DNA from: a bacterium
GTDB taxonomy: Bacteria > Zhuqueibacterota > Zhuqueibacteria > Zhuqueibacterales > Zhuqueibacteraceae
Direction: 5' to 3'
DNA length: 35,310 nt
Assembly (NCBI GenBank): GCA_044869275.1
Contig: JBIOXB010000079.1
Location: forward strand, 1 to 35,310
The notes below the pieces were generated by a model. It made no database searches. It was given only the letters and a program-made list of their open reading frames with translations, and was not told where the DNA came from. Shown in pieces: positions 1 through 8,724 of this stretch. Each line of letters starts with the position of its first letter. Within the stretch, counting starts at the first letter, position 1. Position numbers and translations under genes: made by a program.

Positions 1-1473
1 CATCGGGGGCGAACTGGGATCGGCAGCAGTTGCGGCTACCACCCGGAATTGCATGATCTGACCTGTGGTTTCGGAATCTGCCGGCTCAAAATCAACGCCC
101 GGCGTGCCGCCACTAAAAGGCTCATCCGGGCCAAGATTCATTAGAATGATTTCAGCGCCAACCGGAACGTTGGTGAAATCGATAATAACATCGGCTCTTT
201 CAGCAGGCGACATGAGGAGTTGATTGAGTTGCACCGGCGCGGGCAAAAAGCCGCCTTCAGTGCCAATCTGATAGAACGGCAGATCCCTATCGAACTTTAA
301 GATTAAAAATCGGGCATTACATCCGTTAAGAAAGCGAAAGCGGCAGCGTCGTTGTTCCACTTCCAAATATGGCCAGGTGCCTCCATTCACCACCATGGCA
401 TTGCCAAAAAATTCAGGGTTCCAGATCGGAGAAACATCGCTCGGACCACCGGCTGCCGGCTCAGGAATAAATGGAATTTGCAGCTGCGCGGGATCGAGTC
501 CTTCAAAGAAGGCGCGATTGTCGGGATAAAACAAGGAACCGTCGGGCTGGAATGAGCGATCTTGGATGGCAATAGGAATTTCGTAATATGTTCCGAATGG
601 ATCATCGCCGACTCCGGGTGCCGGTCCGGGGAGCACGCCCTCGACTTGATCGGCCGGCCCACCCCGCAATAAGTAAAATCCTGCCGGTCCCGCATAGACA
701 TTCAAGCGTGTCATCCCGAGGGTGTGGTCATGATACCAGAATGTCCCAGCACGCTGGCTATTCGGATATTTGTAGAGCACGGCGCCGGATCCCCATCCCA
801 GTCCATATTTTGTGTTAAAGTAATCGAAGAAAGTGCCGGTTTTGGCATATCCCGGCGGAATATTTTGCGCCTCTGGCAGGAACCACGCTTCGGCGAAACC
901 ATCGTTTTCCTCCGTCGTATGGGCGCCGTGAATATGCGTCACCAATGGCACAGGACCCAGATACGGCTCCGGAGACATTCCTCTCGTGTCTCTATGCTCC
1001 ATTCCTCCCGGCGGATTCGCCCAATGCAGCGTTTGATCCACCGCGAAAAGATGCGGCAGAAAATTACCGCTGGTGTCCTTCAAATCATTGATCCATTTGA
1101 TTTCGACGCGTTTATTGTATTTGGCTTCAATCGTGAAGGCAGGATAATTGAAAGTCCCGCCGGCAGCCACGGTTCCGGGGTGATTAATCGAGCCATAACT
1201 CCACACCGTGGACGGCTGCAAACCCATGATAGGGGGCAGAATCTGCTGCTGAAACTGCCGCACCGCGATTTCATAATAGTCGAACCCCTCGCCTATCGTG
1301 CCTGGCATCGCCGGAGGTTTGACCAAGGGCGTGACATATTTCGGAATGCTTCTTGGATCAAGCGTGTTATTGCTTATAAATCCAGCATGGGCTTGCCGTA
1401 ATTTCATTTTCCACGTAAGCACCAATCCGGCCCCTAAAAGGCCCAAAGTCTTAATACATTCTCGCCTTTTCAT
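1..1473 (-). CDS. Multicopper oxidase, CotA/bilirubin oxidase-like, Tat-type signal; 3' part outside the window
   Basis: Not in the ORF track; N-terminal half translated by hand from ATG at 1473 (AAGGAG RBS upstream): MKRRECIKTLGLLGAGLV...LDPRSIPKYVTPL...YEIAVRQFQQQILP...LVTHIHGAH...FWYHDHTLGMTRLNVYAGPAGFYLLRG. It contains the HxHG and WYHDH copper-ligand motifs and a twin-Arg N-terminus. Confidence 0.92.
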   Translation of the reverse strand, partial: MKRRECIKTLGLLGAGLVLTWKMKLRQAHAGFISNNTLDPRSIPKYVTPLVKPPAMPGTIGEGFDYYEIAVRQFQQQILPPIMGLQPSTVWSYGSINHPGTVAAGGTFNYPAFTIEAKYNKRVEIKWINDLKDTSGNFLPHLFAVDQTLHWANPPGGMEHRDTRGMSPEPYLGPVPLVTHIHGAHTTEENDGFAEAWFLPEAQNIPPGYAKTGTFFDYFNTKYGLGWGSGAVLYKYPNSQRAGTFWYHDHTLGMTRLNVYAGPAGFYLLRGGPADQVEGVLPGPAPGVGDDPFGTYYEIPIAIQDRSFQPDGSLFYPDNRAFFEGLDPAQLQIPFIPEPAAGGPSDVSPIWNPEFFGNAMVVNGGTWPYLEVEQRRCRFRFLNGCNARFLILKFDRDLPFYQIGTEGGFLPAPVQLNQLLMSPAERADVIIDFTNVPVGAEIILMNLGPDEPFSGGTPGVDFEPADSETTGQIMQFRVVAATAADPSSPPM

Positions 1474-1526
1474 AATATGGTCTCCTTCCTCGAAATTGTA
1501 CCCAACCCGCAAAGCTGCATTTTTCG

Positions 1527-2912
<1,386 letters not shown>

Positions 2913-3221
2913 AGAACTTCGCCTTTCCCGAATGGGCCCATTGGCCCTTGCCGTACGTGCCCAACAATTATCTAACATAATCTGTTCAGCGCAAAAACTC
3001 AAAGGCTTTTTGGCAACAATTTTCCTTTGGCAAAAAAAACGGTGGCGGATTTGCGCACGTTTTCTTACCATATATGAACACTACCCCCGGGCATTGGTAA
3101 GGTAAAATGGATGGAATGTTCGAAGCATGGCCCCCAGGCGGCAACAAATGTCATGCGGCATGCAGATTTTTGCTCCCCGGTTTCTCCTCACCCTGGCATC
3201 GCATTCTAAGACAGAAACTCG

Positions 3222-4079
3222 ATGGAACCCCAGTGCAACATGTGCGGCCACCGTGGCCGTTTCTTGACTCCTGATCGCGGCCGGGAAGGCTGGCATTGCG
3301 CCAATTGCTCGGCCTCGGCGCGCAGCCGCTTAGTGATGTATGCGCTCGGCAAAATGCTGCATCTGGAAACGCAGCCGGTTTATTTGTGGCCGGAAAACAA
3401 GCGCTTGAAGATTCTTGAACCTTGCCCGGGAGGGCCGCACGCCATGTTTCTGCGCGAGAAGTTCGATTATTATGCGCCGGCGTTCGACCCCGAAAAAATC
3501 AAACAGGGTGCGGACCCGCGGCAGTATTCCGATATTCAACAGCTCGCCTTTGCCGATGACAGCTTCGATCTCATCATCGCTTCGGAAGTTTTTGAGCACG
3601 TGCGTGAAGATGCCAAAGGCTTCCAGGAGGTTTATCGCACGCTGAAGCCGGAAGGCAACTTCATTCTCACCGTGCCGTACGATCATCAACGCCCCCATAC
3701 GTTGGTGAGCGTCGAGGTGCAGGGGGATCAGGATATTTATCGCGTGCCGCCGCAATATCACGGCGGCAGCGGAGCCACGCTGGAATACCGCCAATACGGC
3801 CGGGATCTGCTGGAACGTTTGCGCGCGGTGGGATTTACGGTGGGATATTTTGAATCGGAGATGCCACAATATAAAATTCCAAAATGCGGCATTATCATTT
3901 GCAAAAAATCGCCGTATTTCGATTTCGGCCAGGCCTGGCTGCACGCCGGCGAGAATCATGCGCCGTTTCCACGCCTGGGCCCACTGTTGCCTTTCCGATT
4001 GTTTGTTTTGTATAAATTCAATTTGAAAAGCCTGGGGCACTACCTGCGGGAGATCAAAAGCAAAATGGCCTTGCGTTAA
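3222..4079 (+). CDS. Class I SAM-dependent methyltransferase with N-terminal CxxC...CxxC
   Basis: DIQQLAFADDSFDLIIASEVFEHV...VYRTLKPEGNFILTVP (Methyltransf_11-like); CNMC/CANC at the N-terminus; stops 2 nt before the WYL gene. Confidence 0.8.
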   Translation: MEPQCNMCGHRGRFLTPDRGREGWHCANCSASARSRLVMYALGKMLHLETQPVYLWPENKRLKILEPCPGGPHAMFLREKFDYYAPAFDPEKIKQGADPRQYSDIQQLAFADDSFDLIIASEVFEHVREDAKGFQEVYRTLKPEGNFILTVPYDHQRPHTLVSVEVQGDQDIYRVPPQYHGGSGATLEYRQYGRDLLERLRAVGFTVGYFESEMPQYKIPKCGIIICKKSPYFDFGQAWLHAGENHAPFPRLGPLLPFRLFVLYKFNLKSLGHYLREIKSKMALR

Positions 4080-4081
4080 AC

Positions 4082-5080
4082 ATGAATCGCATTGACCGGC
4101 TGGTCGCGACGGTGCTGTTGCTGCAAAGCAAGCGCCTCATTCGCGCACAAGATATTGCTGAACACTTCAGCATCAGCATTCGCACAGTGTATCGCGATCT
4201 CATCGCGCTGCAGGAAGCGGGTGTGCCGCTGGCGGCGGAGGCCCGGGAGGGTTACAGCCTGGTGGAAGGCTATCATCTGCCGCCGGTGATGTTCACGCAG
4301 GAGGAAGCGAGCGCCTTGTTCGTGGGCGGGGAGTTCGTACAGCGTCTCACGGATGCTTCGCTGAAAAAGCACATGGCTTCCGCGTTGCTGAAAATTCGCG
4401 CCGTATTGCCGGAAGAAAGGCAGGACTATGTCGAGCGCTTGCAGCAAGCGACCGCGGTGCTGGCGCGCCCGGCATGTCTTGAAGACGGTTTTCGGGACGA
4501 CGTGCTGGCGCTCATGCAGGAGGCGGTGGTGCGTCGCCAGGTCTTGAAAATGGAATATTCCGCGACCTCCAACGACGCCATCACCAAACGCTGCGTCGAG
4601 CCGCAGTGTTTGATTTACTACAGCGATCACTGGCATCTCGTAGCCTATTGCCAGCTACGCCAGGACTTCCGCGATTTTCGCACGGATCGCATCAAGCATA
4701 TCCTGCCCACCGGAGAGGTTTTCGCAGCGCATCGGGATTTTTCGCTGACGCAGTATTTGCACGACGCCAATAAAATTGAAAACCCGCAAGAAGCACGCAT
4801 CAAGTTCAGGCGCGCGGTGGCGCAACGCCTGCGCCGGCGATATTTCTTTACCGTGGCGGAAGAAGCCACCGGCGACGGGGGCATTATCCTCACCTTTCTC
4901 GTTCCCACCTTGCAAGTTTTGCTGGACTGGCTGTTGCCCTTTGGCACCGAGATTGAAATCATTCACCCTCCAGAATTGCGCCAACTGCTGCTCGACTATG
5001 CGCAGAAGATGGTGGCGCACTATGGCGGTGTTTGCCAACCCTCATTAAGCCTGGATCTCTCCAACCTGAATAACTCATGA
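4082..5080 (+). CDS. YafY-family WYL-domain transcriptional regulator (HTH-WYL-WCX)
   Basis: MNRIDRL...AQDIAEHFSISIRTVYRDLIALQEAGVP (HTH); YHLPPVMFTQEEA; RCVEP...WHLVAYCQLRQDFRDFRTDRI (WYL); LLPFGTEIEIIHPPELR (WCX). Confidence 0.95.
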   Translation: MNRIDRLVATVLLLQSKRLIRAQDIAEHFSISIRTVYRDLIALQEAGVPLAAEAREGYSLVEGYHLPPVMFTQEEASALFVGGEFVQRLTDASLKKHMASALLKIRAVLPEERQDYVERLQQATAVLARPACLEDGFRDDVLALMQEAVVRRQVLKMEYSATSNDAITKRCVEPQCLIYYSDHWHLVAYCQLRQDFRDFRTDRIKHILPTGEVFAAHRDFSLTQYLHDANKIENPQEARIKFRRAVAQRLRRRYFFTVAEEATGDGGIILTFLVPTLQVLLDWLLPFGTEIEIIHPPELRQLLLDYAQKMVAHYGGVCQPSLSLDLSNLNNS

Positions 5081-5216
5081 CCGCAGAGTCGCCGAGCACG
5101 CAGAGATTGAAAAAGTTTAGATTAGGCTGATCTCGTGAAGGAGCATGGAAGAGGCTGCTTCTATCCGATGCTATTCGACAACTTGATGTTCTCTGTGAAC
5201 TCGGGGGCTCGGCGGT
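5080..5216. repeat. Imperfect 27-bp inverted repeat (REP/MITE-like hairpin element)
   Basis: ACCGCAGAGTCGCCGAGCACGCAGAGA (5080-5106) vs TCTCTGTGAACTCGGGGGCTCGGCGGT (5190-5216): 21/27 complementary, and two of the mismatches are G-U compatible. Confidence 0.7.
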
Positions 5217-5261
5217 TTGATTTCATGCATTAACCAGCCGGAGTTCAAAATTTCGGCTTCG

Positions 5262-5307
5262 ACAAGCTCAGCCTGCAACAAGCCCAGCCTGCACAAGCTC
5301 GGCCTGC
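5262..5307 (+). repeat. Three near-tandem 15-bp repeats ACAAGCYCRGCCTGC
   Basis: ACAAGCTCAGCCTGC (5262-5276), ACAAGCCCAGCCTGC (5278-5292), ACAAGCTCGGCCTGC (5293-5307). Confidence 0.85.
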
Positions 5308-5343
5308 GCTGAAACCAAGCGTTTTCAAACAGCCTGTATGCTC

Positions 5344-5377
5344 CTGACATAGGGTTGTCACAAGCCGCCTTTATATT
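5344..5377 (+). promoter_or_regulatory. Putative WYL-regulator operator/promoter of dinB: TGACA-N6-TGTCAC-N10-TATATT
   Basis: Palindrome TGACA(5345-5349)-TAGGGT-TGTCA(5356-5360); -10-like TATATT at 5372-5377; identical 18-mer recurs at 8351; AAGGAG RBS at 5419-5424. Confidence 0.8.
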
Positions 5378-5429
5378 CCTCCCGTTTCAAATTTGACCCA
5401 CCAACTCACTCGCCCAGAAAGGAGCAGGC

Positions 5430-5927
5430 ATGCTACGTACCACCAAAGATTTTGTGAAGATGTGGGATGATGAGACCCGCATGACATATAAAACTTTTCG
5501 TAATCTCACCGACGCTACGCTCACGCAGAAAATCACACCCGAGGGGCGGAGCCTGGGGAAACTGGCCTGGCATCTCGCGGTCTCGTTGAATATGATTACG
5601 GAGGCCGGTTTGCCGGTGGAGGCGCCGTCTGATGATAATGCGGTGCCCTCCAATGTCCAAGACATTCTCGCGGCTTATGAGAAAGGCGCGGCTTCGGTGC
5701 GCGAACGCGTCGGCGCGAATTGGAGCGATGCGGCGCTGCTGGAGATCGTGCCGATGTACGGCGAACAATGGGCCAGGGGCTATGTGTTGTGGGCGCTGAT
5801 ACTACACCAAACCCACCATCGCGCGCAGATGACGGTGTTGATGCGGCAGGCCGGCCTGAAAGTGCCCGGCGCCTACGGTCCGGCGCGCGAAGAGTGGGCG
5901 GAGATGAATCTGCCTGCACCGGAGTGA
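5430..5927 (+). CDS. DinB/YfiT-family putative metalloenzyme
   Basis: GRSLGKLAWHLA and LILHQTHHRAQMTVLMRQAGLKVPGAYGP: His triad and C-terminal motif of the DinB family. Confidence 0.93.
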   Translation: MLRTTKDFVKMWDDETRMTYKTFRNLTDATLTQKITPEGRSLGKLAWHLAVSLNMITEAGLPVEAPSDDNAVPSNVQDILAAYEKGAASVRERVGANWSDAALLEIVPMYGEQWARGYVLWALILHQTHHRAQMTVLMRQAGLKVPGAYGPAREEWAEMNLPAPE

Positions 5928-5982
5928 GGAAAACGTTCTCAAAGTTTTTCGGCAAAACATATAGCTATGGGTGTCGAGGGTC

Positions 5983-6326
5983 ATGAGATTTTTTGCCCTG
6001 CTCTCGCACGCGGTGGCGTTGCTGCTCGCGCTTGTGCTGTGTCCGGGGTGCAAAAAAGAAGCGCGGGACGATTCTGCCCAGCCCATCCGCGTGGAAGCCA
6101 TGAAGAAGCTGGCGTGGATCGAAGGCGCTGCCGGTAAACTCTGTGTCGATCGCGGCGGCGCCGGCGGCCTGCCAGTTGTGATCGTTCACTCTCTCGCCGA
6201 TCCTATCGGCGACGCGCGCGGATTTCCCAAAGTTGAGATTGACAAATGGCTCACGGCTTTGCGTTCCGCGGCTTATGCCGAGGCCATCGAAACGCATTGG
6301 CGCTCTATTTTGGTCAACGCCGAGAC
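5983..6326 (+). pseudogene. Remnant of a secreted/lipoprotein alpha/beta-hydrolase, internally deleted and 3'-truncated
   Basis: Signal-like MRFFALLSHAVALLLALVLCPGC; WIEGAAGKLCVDRGGAGGLPVVIVHSLA resembles an alpha/beta-hydrolase N-terminus, then jumps to DPIGDARG with no GxSxG elbow. The frame runs on out of frame over the SDR to a stop at 6414. Confidence 0.55.
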
Positions 6327-7141
6327 CCGAGACGATCGAGGAGACGGCCGAGATGGTGAACGCCGCAGGTGGTGTGGGCATCGCCGTCCGCGTGGATCAC
6401 ACGGTGGAAGATGAAGTCAAGGCACTGTTCGCTCGTATCGAACAAGAGCATCAAAGCCTCGAGGTGTTGGTGAATTGTATTGCCGGCGAAGATCCGATGC
6501 TCGGTGGCTGGGGGTCGTTTTGGAAGACGGACCTGAGTCGAGGCGTGGAGGCGCTCCGGCAGACGTTGCTCTCGCGCCTGATCACGGCGAAGTATGCCGC
6601 ACCGCTGATGATTCAGAAACGCCGCGGCCTTATCGTCGAGGTGACCGAGGGCGACATGCCGGGTGGCGCGGGCGGCAACGTGCTCAGCGGCTTCGCCAAG
6701 AGCGGGTCCAAGGATCTCGCGTTGAGAATGGCGGAGGAGCTGCGCAAACATCGCGTGACCGCAATTGCGATCACGCCGGGTTTTCTGCGGTCAGAGTCGA
6801 TGCTCGAACATTTTGGCGTCACCGAAGCGAACTGGCGGGAAGGCGGCAAGAGAGACAAGAATTTCCTCGCCTCCGAGTCGCCGCTATTCCTTGGCCGCGC
6901 AGTCGCAGCGCTGGCGCAAGACCAGAGGGTGTTCGCTCGCTCGGGCGAGCTTTTGAGTTCGTGGGAGCTGGGGCGGGAGTACGGATTCACCGATTACGAC
7001 GGCCGCCGGCCCGACTGGGGCAAGCATTTCAAGGAGGACGTCATTCCCTCGCGCAAATGGATGAAAGAAGCGTTCGCGCGGCAGGCCGCGTGGCTGGAGC
7101 GGATGGCGCGCCGTGCGCGGCAGTATCTCGGAGAGGAATAG
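6323..7141 (+). pseudogene. 5'-truncated SDR oxidoreductase (DHRS1-like)
   Basis: RPETIEETAEMVNAAGGVGIAVRVDH...AITPGFLRSESMLEHFGVTEANWR...SESPLFLGRAVAALA...YGFTDYDGRRPDW. No N-terminal Gly-rich nucleotide-binding motif and no credible start codon/RBS. Confidence 0.7.
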
Positions 7142-7222
7142 GGCCAGCGCCGCGGAGCCAAAGCCAGCAAATAGACAGATGCCCAAAATGACCTCGGCTC
7201 CGGCGCGAGTTCGATGGTTCAC
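7142..7222 (-). pseudogene. Orphan 5' end (signal peptide) of a lost minus-strand gene
   Basis: AAGGAG (7229-7234, minus strand) 6 nt before GTG 7222; MNHRTRAGAEVILGICLFAGFGSAALA is signal-peptide-like and then runs into the antisense of the SDR. Extended -10-like TGCTATATT at 7298-7306 (minus). Confidence 0.4.
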
Positions 7223-7495
7223 AGCTTACTCCTTTGTTTTTTGATAAGCCGCAATTATCTTACCGCAGCGATTCTTGCAGTGAAATAAACGCACAGGAAT
7301 ATAGCACGAATTCCACGAAAAGTCTTGCAAAAAAGCGAAAAGACCTCAACGCAACGGCGCGCTTGTTGCCAACGGAGTATGTCGCGGCAAATGCACAAAA
7401 CCTCTTTTGTTTCAGGTCGTCGCGGGCACAACCACAATCGCACCATGCTTTGCAAATGGAAAAGCTGAGACTGGGATAATTTCTAGAGAAGCGAA

Positions 7496-8347
7496 ATGTT
7501 AAAGGTGACAAAGCTTTATGAAGAGATTCGGGCCGGTTCGTCGTTGCCACTCATTGTTGGCGGCAGCGATGGCAATAAATATGTCGTGAAGCCGCGAGGC
7601 AGCGGAGAGGGGGTGCTGGCGAACGTGGCGGAATACCTATCACTCAAGCTGGGACAATTGGCGCAAATACCGGTGCTGGAGCCCGAGCTTCTGGCCATCG
7701 AGCCCGGTTTCGAGCATAAGGCACTGGATCCCGAAATCAGAGAGCTCTTGGCGAGAAGCGCCGGAATCAATTTTGGAACGAAATATGTGGAAGCTGCCGC
7801 GGTGTACCATGAGCACAGCGCAAACCATAAAATTGATTATGCCCTGAAGAATCACATCTTCCTATATGATTTGTTTCTCTTGAATATGGATCGAAATTCA
7901 GAGAACCCGAATATTATATTCAATCAGAAAGGATGGTGGTGCCTGGATTATGCTTCCGCTTTAGCCATTAGAAGCGCCATCGATGGTAAAAGCTATGAGC
8001 AACTCGCGATTCTTCGAGAAATGAAAAGACATCTTTTCTATCGCCATGATATCGACCCATATTATTTCATCGGGAAATTCAAAGAGATTGCAGACGCCAG
8101 TATCTCGGAGATGATTGGAGAACTGCCTGCGGAATGGGTTGCGCGTTTAAACGCTGCAAAGGAAAGCGAGGAAATGAAAAGAATCATCAGCAAGAGACTG
8201 ATTGATAAGAAGAATAATGTGCATGCGCTGATAAAAAGGCTGGATCTATTGAGAGTGCTGAAAATGGAAACAGAAGAAGAACGGAGATTGAAGGCCGTCA
8301 AAAACAGGAATGCCTTTGAGCAAAAATTTGGCAAACATGGAAAATGA
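7496..8347 (+). CDS. HipA-like (PI3/4-kinase-fold) kinase
   Basis: GSSLPLIVGGSDGNKYVVKPRGSGEG...AEYL...LLARSAGINFG...YDLFLLNMDRNSENPNII...WWCLDYASAL; visibly more AT-rich than its neighbours. Confidence 0.82.
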   Translation: MLKVTKLYEEIRAGSSLPLIVGGSDGNKYVVKPRGSGEGVLANVAEYLSLKLGQLAQIPVLEPELLAIEPGFEHKALDPEIRELLARSAGINFGTKYVEAAAVYHEHSANHKIDYALKNHIFLYDLFLLNMDRNSENPNIIFNQKGWWCLDYASALAIRSAIDGKSYEQLAILREMKRHLFYRHDIDPYYFIGKFKEIADASISEMIGELPAEWVARLNAAKESEEMKRIISKRLIDKKNNVHALIKRLDLLRVLKMETEEERRLKAVKNRNAFEQKFGKHGK

Positions 8348-8350
8348 CTG

Positions 8351-8384
8351 CTGACATAGGGTTGTCACTTCTCCTGCTTATAAT
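8351..8384 (+). promoter_or_regulatory. Second putative WYL-regulator operator/promoter: TGACA-N6-TGTCAC-N10-TATAAT
   Basis: CTGACATAGGGTTGTCAC (8351-8368) identical to 5344-5361; perfect TATAAT at 8379-8384 at the same 10-nt spacing. Confidence 0.8.
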
Positions 8385-8457
8385 CTCATGTGTAATCTCT
8401 GTATGCGATTAGTCACTCAGAATAAAAGACGTAAGCTTTGTTACCACAGGATAGATG

Positions 8458-8654
8458 AGGACAGAAAAATGTCTGCCGTCTGCTCCTGCCGTCATCGTCA
8501 GCTTCCCTGATTTGACGCTAAAGGCCATTTTTCTGTCCTGGCCTTTGTTCAAGCTAACTGAACAGCTCGAGGATGCGACTTCTCTAAATTTTTCGTGGGG
8601 TCGCACGCAGGGCTTCGGTTTTTAGCTTAACTGCAAAGCAAGGTGGTCCTTTTT
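8458..8654 (+). ncRNA. Candidate structured RNA or long 5' leader (two long stem-loops), family unknown
   Basis: Perfect 14-bp stem 8458-8471/8526-8539; second nested hairpin CTTTG/CAAAG, AAGCTAA/TTAGCTT, TGCGAC/GTCGCA spanning 8543-8638; lies downstream of the 8351 promoter with no plus-strand ORF of 60 aa or more. Confidence 0.4.
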
Positions 8655-8724
8655 ATAGCTGGCGCAAGAGCTCAAAAATCAATTGAGGTCCGGTGAACGC
8701 TGAATCTTCAGACTGGCAATAAAA

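Noticed and set aside
724..1401. 225-aa plus-strand ORF
   Set aside because: Antisense to the multicopper oxidase, whose copper motifs are on the minus strand.
5262..5307. Three short repeats as a mini CRISPR array
   Set aside because: Units are 15 bp and adjacent with no spacers, and there are no cas genes in the window.
5345..5360. TGACA-N6-TGTCA as a CRP, FNR or LexA site
   Set aside because: Does not match TGTGA-N6-TCACA, TTGAT-N4-ATCAA, CTGT-N8-ACAG or GAAC-N4-GTTC. The adjacent WYL gene and fixed 10-nt spacing to a -10 box fit better.
6233..6322. TTG start and first 30 codons of the 302-aa SDR ORF
   Set aside because: This is the alternative frame of the hydrolase remnant; SDR similarity begins only at RPET.
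8388..8510. 40-aa Cys-rich ORF MCNLCMRLVTQNKRRKLCYHRIDEDRKMSAVCSCRHRQLP
   Set aside because: The ATG is only 3 nt after the -10 box, upstream of the expected TSS, with no RBS. Not supported, although a shorter leader peptide from a later ATG cannot be excluded.
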